NCBI GenBank assembly: GCA_947479535.1
Contig: CANJZQ010000001.1
Coordinates: forward strand, 14,324-78,323
Direction: 5' to 3'
DNA: 64,000 nt
Source of the DNA: Oligoflexales bacterium
GTDB lineage: Bacteria > Bdellovibrionota_B > Oligoflexia > Oligoflexales > RGVZ01
Both the position numbers and the translations under genes were made by a program. The notes beneath the pieces are model-generated. The model was not told where the DNA came from and searched no databases. It saw nothing but the letters and a program-made list of their open reading frames with translations. The number at the start of each line of letters is the position of its first letter. Within the stretch, counting starts at the first letter, position 1. This document shows positions 47,356 through 57,058 of the stretch, one piece after another.

Positions 47356-49995
47356 ATGTCATCGATATTTAAAGTGGCTGTGTGGTCGGATGATCCGTCA
47401 ATGCGCGGTCTGGCCGGGGATCTTTCTAGTACTGGAAAATGCGCCACCGTCGCAGTTGAAAGCCTTCCGGAAACGGCGCTTTTGATTCGTGACAATCCAG
47501 GTGATGTTGTTGGTTGCATCTTCGACTTGCGGAACAACAAACAGTTCCAAAAAAATCCAGTTGGCCTTGCGAGGGATTTGATCGAACTAAAGGATCAAGA
47601 AAAATCGACGCCTTTTGTAGTTGTCGTTGCGAATAATGATTTAGTTGCGAATTTTTCTTCAGAAGGTGTCACCACGCCGGGTCTCACGGTTCTCGTTGTG
47701 ACGCCCTCAATGGAAGCGTCGGCTGTTATTTCAGAGGCGCTTTGCGTTATCTCGGAGCGCATCGCGCAGATTGAAGAGAGAGTTTTATTGGAGCAGGCAT
47801 TTATAGAGGAAGCCAATGCATTGGTTGAAGAAATTGAACCGTTAATTTTGTCGCTGGAGCAAAATCCAGGCAATGCGGAAGCTTTGAATACTGTTTTTCG
47901 TAATATTCATACCATTAAAGGTTCCAGCGGATTTTTTGATTCAAATCCCATTCCTGAGTTTTTGCACGGGTTTGAAGATGTCTTGTCTAAAATGAAATCT
48001 GGCAGGACCCCTGTTTCTCCAGCGAATGTAACCGTCATGCTGAAAGCGTTGGATGTGACCCGTCAGATGCTGGATTCTTTGAGTCGTCATGTTCCTTGGG
48101 ATGGAACACTTTCGGAGGCCGTTAAAATGTTCGAAGTGGAGGTGCCATCCGATAAAGTTCTCGAATCAGCCCACCCAGTGGAGGCCGTCGCAGACGCGCC
48201 AAGAGAATTCGATGAGCCAAAGGCAAATTCGAAGACAAGGGAAGCGATCCAGGTTCCGGTGCAGATGCTGGATGAGTTTATGGAACTCAGCGGTGAAATC
48301 ACGGTCATTCGAAATATGGTCAACAAGTTGGTCCGGGTCATTGAGAAGGAAACGCCCGGAAATCGCAATGTCTCGCTTTTGGGAGAACTTCTTGACGAGA
48401 TGCACAAGATCAATAGCAGTGTCCAAGGCCGACTAACAGAGCTGCGAAAGGTTCCTGCTGGGCGCATCTTGAAGCCATTGCCGCGAGCCGTCCGGGAATT
48501 GGGTAAGTCCCTGGGTAAGCAGATCGAACTAAAGCTTGATGGTGAGGGGCTCCGCCTCGATACGGCGGTGGCACAAGTTCTTGGCGAAAGTTTGGTTCAC
48601 CTTGTGCGGAATGCAATGGATCATGGGATTGAGACCCCGGCAGACCGGATAGCTTCCGGGAAAGATTCAAAAGGGAGTTTGGAGGTTTCCTTGCGTGAGG
48701 ATGGCGAGGAAGTGTTTGCGGTGGTTCGTGACGATGGTTGGGGTATTGATTCTGCAAAAATCAGAAAGCAGTTGCTTGCTGCCGGCAAAATTCCAGAGGC
48801 AGAAATTCTTGGCTACAGTGATGTTCGTTTGTTTTCCACGATTTTCGAACCTGGTTTTAGCACGGCAGTGCAAGTCACGGGGATTTCGGGGCGCGGTGTT
48901 GGACTGGATATGGTGAAGAGTTCAGTAGAGAAATTAGGCGGTCGCATCGAAATCGATAGCAAGTGGAAGGTTGGCACCTCGTTCACGCTGCGTTTGCCCA
49001 TTCCGAAGTCGGTGCTGATTGTCAGCTCCCTTCTTGTCCAGGCGGAGCGGCAGGCATTTGCTGTGCCTCAGGATAAGATTGTCCGGTTGATTCGAGTCAC
49101 CGACGCCCTTGCTCAGGGCATGGTTCGAACGGTGGAGGGTGGCGTGGTGCTCGATTTCCACGGGGTTCTGGTTCCCGTTGTTGATCTCGGTTCGGTCCTT
49201 GAGTTGCGCGAGAAAATGCCATCTCTCGAGTCAAATGCGCTTGATCTTGCAAGCCTCGTGGTGATTCAGGCCGAGGGCGGGTTGTACGCATGCCTCGTGG
49301 ACGCGATTTTGGATTCTGAAGAGATTGTCATGAAGAAGGTAGGGGCTCAGCTTGAGGGGCGCAAAGCTTTCGCGGGCGCGACATTCATGGGTGATGGAAC
49401 GGTCGGACTGATCTTGAATGTGGATGGAATCGCGGAATTGTCGGAGGTTCACTTGAAGTTTGCGGACGTCAGCAAATCCTCAAGGGTTGTGGCTGTGAAT
49501 CGCAAAAATGACGTTCTTTTGGTGGATATCGATGTCCCGGGGGATTTCGGAGTTCCAATGGATTCAGTGTACCGTCTTGAGGATTTTGACCCAGATCAGG
49601 TACGAAATTCTATTGATCGCAGCATTGTCGTATACCGCGATCAGGCCATGCCCCTTGTTGATCTTTCTGTTGTATTGAAAACAGGGATCAACGGGCGCTT
49701 CAAGCCCGAGCCAGTTCCGATGCAAAATCGCGAGCGGGCCTTTGTCTTGGTTTTCCGAACGAGGGCGGGTCAGTTCTTTGGTTGCGTCGTGGATCGCATC
49801 AAGGACTTTCTGACCATTGAAGAGGATTTGCTCCAGACGAACCGGAGCTATGCATGCGTCAAAGGCAGCATTATCCTTGAGAACAGGGTGATTTCTGTCC
49901 TGGATCCGGATGTCGTGGTGGATGTGGCCACTCGCGTGTTCGATCAACCGGCCGCCGGAGCTGACCAGCACTCGCAGGGATTGCGGGTCGCCTGA
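47356..49995 (+). CDS. cheA: Chemotaxis histidine kinase CheA: REC-like N-domain, HPt, dimerisation, HATPase and two CheW-like domains
   Basis: HPt FRNIHTIKGSSGFF; P3 IQVPVQMLDEFMELSGEI; N-box HLVRNAMDHGIE; G-boxes DDGWGID and GISGRGVGLD; two successive CheW-like regions. Confidence 0.9.
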   Translation: MSSIFKVAVWSDDPSMRGLAGDLSSTGKCATVAVESLPETALLIRDNPGDVVGCIFDLRNNKQFQKNPVGLARDLIELKDQEKSTPFVVVVANNDLVANFSSEGVTTPGLTVLVVTPSMEASAVISEALCVISERIAQIEERVLLEQAFIEEANALVEEIEPLILSLEQNPGNAEALNTVFRNIHTIKGSSGFFDSNPIPEFLHGFEDVLSKMKSGRTPVSPANVTVMLKALDVTRQMLDSLSRHVPWDGTLSEAVKMFEVEVPSDKVLESAHPVEAVADAPREFDEPKANSKTREAIQVPVQMLDEFMELSGEITVIRNMVNKLVRVIEKETPGNRNVSLLGELLDEMHKINSSVQGRLTELRKVPAGRILKPLPRAVRELGKSLGKQIELKLDGEGLRLDTAVAQVLGESLVHLVRNAMDHGIETPADRIASGKDSKGSLEVSLREDGEEVFAVVRDDGWGIDSAKIRKQLLAAGKIPEAEILGYSDVRLFSTIFEPGFSTAVQVTGISGRGVGLDMVKSSVEKLGGRIEIDSKWKVGTSFTLRLPIPKSVLIVSSLLVQAERQAFAVPQDKIVRLIRVTDALAQGMVRTVEGGVVLDFHGVLVPVVDLGSVLELREKMPSLESNALDLASLVVIQAEGGLYACLVDAILDSEEIVMKKVGAQLEGRKAFAGATFMGDGTVGLILNVDGIAELSEVHLKFADVSKSSRVVAVNRKNDVLLVDIDVPGDFGVPMDSVYRLEDFDPDQVRNSIDRSIVVYRDQAMPLVDLSVVLKTGINGRFKPEPVPMQNRERAFVLVFRTRAGQFFGCVVDRIKDFLTIEEDLLQTNRSYACVKGSIILENRVISVLDPDVVVDVATRVFDQPAAGADQHSQGLRVA

Positions 49996-50065
49996 TTTTA
50001 ACTATGCCTTTGTTGAAATGATTTTAACGGAAAGACTAGACAATTCAACGACTTGATAGTATTAT

Positions 50066-50458
50066 ATGCTTATGCTTTATGGTCCTGAAATCCTTAAGAA
50101 AATCCCCCTGAGCAAGCTCAGGAATTCCCTCGTTGCGCTGATTTGCGCCTTGGGGATCGCCGGAGTTTCTGCGGCGTCTGCCTTATCGGTTTCCGAGAAG
50201 GGATGGGATTGGTCTGCAAAGGCTGTGGAGGATTTTTCAGAAGGACTGGGTGCTGAGGGAAGTAAGGTTGAAAGTCGTTCGGCTTCCCCTGCTGCCGGGT
50301 CTCAGTCTTTTGACTTTGGCTATGTTTCAGACGTCCTGTCCAATTGTGCACCGTTCTTGGTTCCGGTTTTTGAACTTGCATTGGCCTTTTTCCCGCAATT
50401 TGCAACAGACGCCATTTTCGGCGCCCACTCCGCGACCAGTCCTCCTGCACGCATCTGA
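50066..50458 (+). CDS. Hypothetical small secreted or membrane protein
   Basis: 130-codon ORF with a hydrophobic signal-like segment (LVALICALGIAGVSAASA). No family recognised and coding status is unproven. Confidence 0.35.
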   Translation: MLMLYGPEILKKIPLSKLRNSLVALICALGIAGVSAASALSVSEKGWDWSAKAVEDFSEGLGAEGSKVESRSASPAAGSQSFDFGYVSDVLSNCAPFLVPVFELALAFFPQFATDAIFGAHSATSPPARI

Positions 50459-50548
50459 TCTCGTTACACTTCGTTTTTGAAGTCTGTCGTTTGTCAGATC
50501 AAGCGACGGAAACGAATCAAGATGCCTTTGGGAAAGGACTTCCACTTG

Positions 50549-52114
50549 ATGAATCGATTTAATTTCTCGAATGAAATCCGCACGGGGTTTTTGGTTTCCA
50601 TCATCGCACTCCCGCTGTGCCTCGGAATTTCGATGGCTAGCGGCTTTCCCGCAGCAGCGGGAATCGTGACAGCGATCATTGGCGGACTTGTCGCGAGTCG
50701 GTTGGGCGGTTCTCCTTTGACCATCAAGGGGCCTGCTGCTGGCTTGATTGTGATTGTTTTGGCTGGTGTCATGGAGCTTGGAGGCGGTTCGGCCTCGCTC
50801 GGTTACTCCAGGATGCTCACCGCCATTGCAGTGGCAGCCATGCTTCAGATCGCTTTTGGTGCCCTCCGGATGGGGCGTTTTAGCTCGTTGATTCCGCCCT
50901 CCGTCGTCCATGGAATGCTGGCTGGTATTGGCGTTATTATTTTCGCCAAGCAAGCGCACGTCTTGCTCGGGGCTGCTCCAATGGCCAAGTCACCAATGGC
51001 GCTCATCCAGGAGATTCCTCATTCGATGATGAACCTGAACCCTGCTGTGGCGGGGATCGGGTTTTTGGTGTTGGGGGTGCTCATTGGGTTCAATTACCTG
51101 CCCGCGCGGATTTCCAGGAAGGTTCCCTCTCAGCTTGTCGCCTTGGCCATTGCTGTTCCGGTTGCCCTTTTCCTTGATTTTTCTCACGCACACAACCTGA
51201 TTGCCGCTGGAACCCATGTTCATGTCGGACCTGAATACCTGGTCCGAATGCCTGCCAGCATCCTTGGCTCGCTTTCTCGTCCCGATTGGGGTGCTTTGGT
51301 TGACCTTGCGACCTGGAAGTATGTGCTGTTGCTCGCGCTTATCGGTAGTGCTGAATCCCTTCTCACGGTTCAGGCCGTGGATTCCCTTGATCCTAAGAAA
51401 CGTAAATCAGATGTCGATGCCGACTTGATGGCGGTCGGGGTTGGTAATTTGCTTGCCGGGTTGTGCGGCGGGCTTCCGATGATTTCAGAGATCGTCCGGA
51501 GCCGGGCGAATATCGACAACGGTGCCGAGACGTCTTGGTCAAACTTTTTTCATGGTGCTTTTCTGGCTGCTGCGTTGTTCTTGATTCCGGGATTGCTCAA
51601 TACGATTCCTCTGACGGTGCTTTCGGCGATGTTGCTGGTGACCGCATACCGCCTGGCTTCTCCCAAAGAATTCGCGAAGGTTTTTAAAATTGGTTCTGAT
51701 CAATTCGCGATCTTTGTCGTGACCATGGTGTTGACGGTCTGTGTCGACTTGCTGGTTGGGGTCATTGGAGGTGTTGTTCTGAAGATGCTCCTTCATGTTG
51801 CGCGTGGAATCCGGTTGCGGGATTTTTTCAGTGCCGACATCAAAGAACATACGGAGGGTAACAAGTTGACCATCACCGTCCGGGGGTCAGCGGTTTTCTC
51901 TAATTTCCTGGCGCTTCAAAAGGCGATTGAGGTTGCTCCCACGGAAGTCGACAGAATACTCATCGATTTTTCTGAGTCCATGTTTGTCGATCACACAACT
52001 CTTGAAAGGCTTCATGGACTGAAGCGCTCCAATGGCCATCGTTCCATTGAGCTGGTTGGATTGGATAACCTTCGGAGCGTGTCAACCCATGCACTTGCAA
52101 CCAGACGCGCATGA
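50549..52114 (+). CDS. SulP-family anion transporter with a C-terminal STAS domain
   Basis: Sulfate_transp pattern (LVSIIALPLCLGISMASGFPAAAGIVTAIIGGLV, GSAESLLTVQAVD, ANIDNGAETSWSN) and a STAS-like C-terminus. The start is ATG 50549 or 50522. Confidence 0.85.
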   Translation: MNRFNFSNEIRTGFLVSIIALPLCLGISMASGFPAAAGIVTAIIGGLVASRLGGSPLTIKGPAAGLIVIVLAGVMELGGGSASLGYSRMLTAIAVAAMLQIAFGALRMGRFSSLIPPSVVHGMLAGIGVIIFAKQAHVLLGAAPMAKSPMALIQEIPHSMMNLNPAVAGIGFLVLGVLIGFNYLPARISRKVPSQLVALAIAVPVALFLDFSHAHNLIAAGTHVHVGPEYLVRMPASILGSLSRPDWGALVDLATWKYVLLLALIGSAESLLTVQAVDSLDPKKRKSDVDADLMAVGVGNLLAGLCGGLPMISEIVRSRANIDNGAETSWSNFFHGAFLAAALFLIPGLLNTIPLTVLSAMLLVTAYRLASPKEFAKVFKIGSDQFAIFVVTMVLTVCVDLLVGVIGGVVLKMLLHVARGIRLRDFFSADIKEHTEGNKLTITVRGSAVFSNFLALQKAIEVAPTEVDRILIDFSESMFVDHTTLERLHGLKRSNGHRSIELVGLDNLRSVSTHALATRRA

Positions 52115-54905
52115 GGGTTCGCGGGAGGCTGAAGGCTTCGGCCTCCAGTCCCTGCGGGATTTGCTGACTTATTATTCGGCGACTCTGCCTGTGGTCGAGC
52201 CGATCGGCGAGTTCATTCATTATAATACGTTGCAGGCGTTTCTTGGATCCCCTTTTGAGGATGCCCTGTTCCAGGCTCGTAATATTTACGGGGCCCGCCC
52301 ATACATGCCGCTCGCTTTCTATCGCTCCAAGATGAAAGAGGGCGTGATCTCCAGGGACGTCCTGCAGACGATTGTTGCAAAACGGATCGGTGGCGGAATT
52401 TCTGCTGAAGTATGGACCAGCGCCCTTGAAATATCCCACCGATTGTACGATCCAAGTGAGGTTATGGCCGCGGTTCATGATCTTAAGGCTGGCGATCGCG
52501 CCGTCTGGAATCATATCGATCAAGAATTTCCTGTGTCGTTTTTTAAAAATGCATCCACGCAACAATCTATTTTTCAATCAAAGAGGTTTCGCGAGGCATC
52601 TTCCCGCTTGTCAGATGATGGTCGTAACCCCTTACGGGATCTGTGGACTGCACGCCTTGGGGAACGAATTGACAGGCTGGTAAATCCGCTGTTTTACCGG
52701 ATGCTGGCTGGGTTTCTGGATCAAGGTATTGCCTCATGGGAATTGCCGGGGACCTCAGAAAGCTTTTTTGAAGCTGCCAGAAAACTGCTTTTTAGTGGGA
52801 TGATCCACGATCCTGGGAGTATAGATTTCAATAAACTGAGCGCCCACGAGTCAATCCTTGCCATTCTGGCGGATCTTGTCGGCGATAAATCTCTGTGGCA
52901 CAGGTACTTGCGGGAAATAATACTAGCGAGTCCTGGTTGGAGCAGCCTCGTGGCGCAGTTGGCCCGAAAGGGCGAGCGCTTGCGTCAACGCCGGAAGATT
53001 CACCTTGGTGATCTCGTCGCATGTTCTCTCCTTATTGAATATGCAATGGTGCGTGGTGTTTATGGTATCAAAGATCGGGTTTCAGCACTTCTATGTGGTC
53101 CCGATTCGGCGTTACCAGAAGTTCCGTTTGCCACCAACGATCCGTTGACCTTGGAAGAAACCAGGCTGGTTTTGTTGTTTGATCTCTTTGAAGTGGCGAG
53201 ATCCATGCCCGAGAAGCTTTCGGGATCAGACCAGGCTAACTGGTTGCATTCGGTTTTTCGGATATGCACAGGTATTTCCGATATCGAGCTGGAGCGGATG
53301 TCGCATGAGGCTTTCGAATCCACCTACTATCATTCGGTCTTGGATGTAGTGGTTCCGCGGGCTAAAGCCACTGCAAATCAGTCCAAAACAAGTTCTGCAT
53401 CACTCCCGAAAGATGGACTGGCAATGTCAGTGCAAATGATTTTTTGCCTTGATGACCGGGAATGCTCGATGCGCCGTTACATTGAAAAGTTGGAGCCGGG
53501 TGCCCGGACTTATGGGGTGCCTGGATTTTTTGGAATCGATATGATGTTCTTGGGAGCTGGCCGCCAATTTCCTGAAAAATATTGTCCCGTTCCAATGGTC
53601 CCTCAGCACATCGCTGTTGAAGAAAAAATCAAGGACGGGGCGTCCAATTTATCTCACAGCAAGCTGAACAAACTGAAAAAGCGTTCGAGGCTTCGTGCTG
53701 TCCTGGCGCCGTTGCGGCTCTTTCAGGTTTGGATGGCACCAGGGTGGCATGCGAACACAATGAGGGCTTCCGCAGAATCATCCCCGACCAAGATTCAATT
53801 CCAAGCTATTCCTGCGAAGCGGTCTGGAGGATCGGACGGGTTGGAGCAGTTCCTTGGCTACCAATTGGGTTACACCCACAAGGAAATGGCGGACCGGATC
53901 GAGTCTTCCCTTCGTTCCATGGGCATGACGGTTGAATACGCGCCCTCGATCTTGATTGTGGCACATGGATCTTCTGCGATGAACAATCCCTACTTTGCCG
54001 CCTATGACTGCGCTGCTTGTTCTGGACGTCAGGGAATTCCAAATGCCAGGGTGTTTGCTGGAATGGCAAATGACCCAGAAGTTAGGAAATTGCTCGCTGT
54101 GCGGGGAATCATCATTCCGGACGAGACGAGGTTCGTTGCCTGTTTTCATGATACTGCCAAGGACGATTTTCAGTTCTACGATGTGGATGATCTTTCCAGG
54201 TCTGAGCGAACGCTCTCGCCCGCGGCCTTGTCCCTGGTTGGTATAAGGAAGCTGCTGCGCAAGGCGGCCGGACTGAACGCAATTGAGCGCTGCGCACGAT
54301 TTGAGAAGGCTCCAAGAAACTTGACGCCTCGGAAGGCGCTGCGCGAGGTTAGACTTCGGGCGACAGCTTTGTTTGAACCGCGCGCGGAACTTGGTCATGC
54401 CACAAATGCTGCCTGTGTCGTTGGTCGCCGTGAGATGACTGCAGGCCTGTCGCTCAACCGGAGGTCCTTCCTGACATCGTATGATCCTCTTCAAGATCCT
54501 GATGGTCGTTTTTTGGCGGGGATCCTTGGCGCGGCAATTCCGGTGTGTGGTGGCGTCAATATGGACTACTTCTTCTCACGTGTTGATAATCAGGTATACG
54601 GCAGTGGTTCCAAGCTGTCCCATAATGTGGTCGGCCTGATCGGTGTCGCGAACGGTGTTGATGATGACCTTCAAACCGGATTGCCTACACAAATGGTCGA
54701 ACTCCACGATCCCGTTCGTTTGCTTTTTATTATTGACCAGAATCCAGTTGTCGTTCGAAGGGTGATTGATGATTCACAACTTTTGAAAAACTGGGTTGAT
54801 CATCGGTGGGTGCGGGTTTGTTGTATTGATCCGAAAAGTGGCGACGTGTCGTTCCTGGATGCCCAGGGGATTGTTCCGTGGAATCCGGGCGAGGTGTTGC
54901 CATGA
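52089..54905 (+). CDS. dabA: DabA (DUF2309) subunit of a DAB-type inorganic carbon pump
   Basis: N-terminal EPIGEFIHYNTLQAF. Candidate Zn ligands FCLDDRE (Cys/Asp), AHGSS (His) and YDCAACSG (Cys). Size is about 940 aa. The start is ambiguous (52032/52089) and overlaps the SulP 3' end. Confidence 0.85.
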   Translation: MHLQPDAHEGSREAEGFGLQSLRDLLTYYSATLPVVEPIGEFIHYNTLQAFLGSPFEDALFQARNIYGARPYMPLAFYRSKMKEGVISRDVLQTIVAKRIGGGISAEVWTSALEISHRLYDPSEVMAAVHDLKAGDRAVWNHIDQEFPVSFFKNASTQQSIFQSKRFREASSRLSDDGRNPLRDLWTARLGERIDRLVNPLFYRMLAGFLDQGIASWELPGTSESFFEAARKLLFSGMIHDPGSIDFNKLSAHESILAILADLVGDKSLWHRYLREIILASPGWSSLVAQLARKGERLRQRRKIHLGDLVACSLLIEYAMVRGVYGIKDRVSALLCGPDSALPEVPFATNDPLTLEETRLVLLFDLFEVARSMPEKLSGSDQANWLHSVFRICTGISDIELERMSHEAFESTYYHSVLDVVVPRAKATANQSKTSSASLPKDGLAMSVQMIFCLDDRECSMRRYIEKLEPGARTYGVPGFFGIDMMFLGAGRQFPEKYCPVPMVPQHIAVEEKIKDGASNLSHSKLNKLKKRSRLRAVLAPLRLFQVWMAPGWHANTMRASAESSPTKIQFQAIPAKRSGGSDGLEQFLGYQLGYTHKEMADRIESSLRSMGMTVEYAPSILIVAHGSSAMNNPYFAAYDCAACSGRQGIPNARVFAGMANDPEVRKLLAVRGIIIPDETRFVACFHDTAKDDFQFYDVDDLSRSERTLSPAALSLVGIRKLLRKAAGLNAIERCARFEKAPRNLTPRKALREVRLRATALFEPRAELGHATNAACVVGRREMTAGLSLNRRSFLTSYDPLQDPDGRFLAGILGAAIPVCGGVNMDYFFSRVDNQVYGSGSKLSHNVVGLIGVANGVDDDLQTGLPTQMVELHDPVRLLFIIDQNPVVVRRVIDDSQLLKNWVDHRWVRVCCIDPKSGDVSFLDAQGIVPWNPGEVLP

Positions 54906-57034
54906 ATCCGATTTCAGTGCTTTCGGATATCCATACCTCCGGCAGGTCGATTCTGTCGTTCGTGTTGATCTTTTGTGTCGCGTCTCCAGCAGTTGGATTT
55001 GTGATTCTTGTGCTTGACGGTCTTTTTAGAAAAAAGATCAGTGAATCTTTTATTTCAGAGGTTTCCCGTTACGCTGCTGGCCTGCAATTGGCTGCATCTT
55101 TCGGAGTCGTCGCGGCACTCATTGATCGTAGATTTCAGCCGTTTCATCTGTTTTCAATTCCGGGAATTCCCCTGTTTCTGGACTGGACAGCCGCAGTCTA
55201 TATGGCCCTCGTCGGTTTTATTGGCTGGATCGTTGTTTCTTATTCGGAACGCTATATGCATCGGGAATCGGGCTACCGGCGTTTCTTCCTCTGCCTGATG
55301 ATTTTTTTGTTTGGCATTTCATTGATTATTTTAGGGGGCGCTCTCGATACCCTCTTTGTCGGATGGGAGATTGTGGGACTAGCGTCCTTCCTGCTCGTCG
55401 GATTTTATGTGGAACGTCCTAAGGCAGCACGGCACGCCCTGCGGACCTTTCTCACCTATCGATTGTGTGATGTTGGTTTATTGATCGGTGCGATCCTGGC
55501 TCACGCCTTATACCATTCGGGTATGTTTGAAGTCATTGATGGGCGGAGCATCGGGTCAATTGCCACCGGCGACGTGACTCCACCGATGCTGCTGTCTTTG
55601 AGCTTTTTGATTTTTCTGGCTGCAGCAGGCAAGGGGGCTCAGTTTCCATTCTCTGGTTGGTTACCCCGGGCCATGGAGGGGCCGACTCCATCCAGTGCAG
55701 TGTTTTACGGTTCGCTGTCCGTTCATTGTGGCGTTTATCTGCTTTTGAGGACGGAGGCGATTTGGGGGCAGTCAATGTCTGCTCGCTACATGCTTTTTGC
55801 GTGGGGAGCTCTATCGGCTGTTTTGGCGCAGATGACGGCCTCTGTTCAGCCGACAGTGAAGGGTCACATTGCCTGGGCATCGACAGCTCAGGTGGGCTTG
55901 ATGTTCTGTGAGCTTGCCTTGGGATGGCATGTTATTGTCGTGATTCACATGGTTGTTCATGCATTGCTGCGCTGCTACCAACTCTTGTCATCTCCCTCGG
56001 TAGTGGCGCAGCATTTTCGTGAAGGGATTCATTTTCGGTCCCATCGTGTTGCTGCAGTTGGCCGACGAAAGTGGCCAAGTGCGCTGTATTTGGCAGCGAT
56101 GAATGAGTTTTATGTTGATCTTTTTTTTGGCCGTTTTGTCGTATCGAGATTCCGGTTTTTTTCCTCCGCATTAGTTCAGCGATTGGGTCAGATCCGTAAA
56201 AGAATTTGGCTCTTGATTCCAATCGCAGCAATTTCACTGGTTGGTGTTGCAGGTGAGGTCAATGGTGCCGGTTTGGCAGGAATGCCAGCCGTTGCGTTGA
56301 CCGCGATCGCAATTGTGGTCCCTTTTGTGAGCCTGCGAATGATTCAGAGGACGTCCTTTCTTGGGCTTGTATCGGTTGGATTTTCATTTATCATTGCGGC
56401 ACTCTTTTTAAGTCGGCTTCCGGCTTTTAATTCTATTTTGCGTCCGGCATTTGGCAGCACATCAATCATCGTGCCGATGATCATTCTTGTCCTGCTTGGG
56501 GACGAAACCCGCTCCGTTGGCTGGCGGATGAATGCTGGTTTTCAAGGACTCGGCTTGCTGTTGGTCTCGGCATTTTGGATGTGCGGCGAAGGGCAATCGC
56601 AAAATTGCCTGTCGACCCTTGCAGGGACCGGTGGCGGAATCATCTTGTTGAATCTGGCCCTCGTTTTTATGGAGTCACGCAAGCGCCCGGTCGCCAATTC
56701 CACATTCCTTGGATTTGCTGCCTCGTTTCCCAGGGCCTCGGTTTTATTTTTGCTGGGTTCACTGGCCGTCGTCACATTTCCCTTCACATCTGCATTCCGC
56801 GGTGAAGATCAGGTTCTTGAGGCAGCTTTTGAAATTAGTCATGTTGCGACGGTGTTGGGTGGAACAATTGCCATCTTGATTCAGCTGTTGATCATCAATG
56901 CGATGTCTCAGGCTTATTTTGGAGCCCCACGCCACGAGGTCCGGTACCCTCGGCTCGATCTGTCCGATTTCAGTTTTGCTTTGGTTCTATTGCCAGCTGT
57001 GGCAGCCTTGGGTTCAACGCTCTACTTTTTTTAA
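54902..57034 (+). CDS. dabB: DabB, NuoL/MrpA-like proton-conducting membrane subunit
   Basis: ATG 54902 overlaps the dabA stop (ATGA). Contains GWEIVGLASFLLVGFY and GKGAQFPFSGWLPRAMEGPTPSSAVFYGSLSVHCGVYLL (Proton_antipo_M). Confidence 0.85.
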   Translation: MNPISVLSDIHTSGRSILSFVLIFCVASPAVGFVILVLDGLFRKKISESFISEVSRYAAGLQLAASFGVVAALIDRRFQPFHLFSIPGIPLFLDWTAAVYMALVGFIGWIVVSYSERYMHRESGYRRFFLCLMIFLFGISLIILGGALDTLFVGWEIVGLASFLLVGFYVERPKAARHALRTFLTYRLCDVGLLIGAILAHALYHSGMFEVIDGRSIGSIATGDVTPPMLLSLSFLIFLAAAGKGAQFPFSGWLPRAMEGPTPSSAVFYGSLSVHCGVYLLLRTEAIWGQSMSARYMLFAWGALSAVLAQMTASVQPTVKGHIAWASTAQVGLMFCELALGWHVIVVIHMVVHALLRCYQLLSSPSVVAQHFREGIHFRSHRVAAVGRRKWPSALYLAAMNEFYVDLFFGRFVVSRFRFFSSALVQRLGQIRKRIWLLIPIAAISLVGVAGEVNGAGLAGMPAVALTAIAIVVPFVSLRMIQRTSFLGLVSVGFSFIIAALFLSRLPAFNSILRPAFGSTSIIVPMIILVLLGDETRSVGWRMNAGFQGLGLLLVSAFWMCGEGQSQNCLSTLAGTGGGIILLNLALVFMESRKRPVANSTFLGFAASFPRASVLFLLGSLAVVTFPFTSAFRGEDQVLEAAFEISHVATVLGGTIAILIQLLIINAMSQAYFGAPRHEVRYPRLDLSDFSFALVLLPAVAALGSTLYFF

Positions 57035-57058
57035 GGCGTTGCACCAAATCGGGAGATC

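Noticed and set aside
53778-54494. 238-aa minus-strand ORF
   Set aside because: It is antisense to the conserved core of dabA and has no recognisable motif or RBS.
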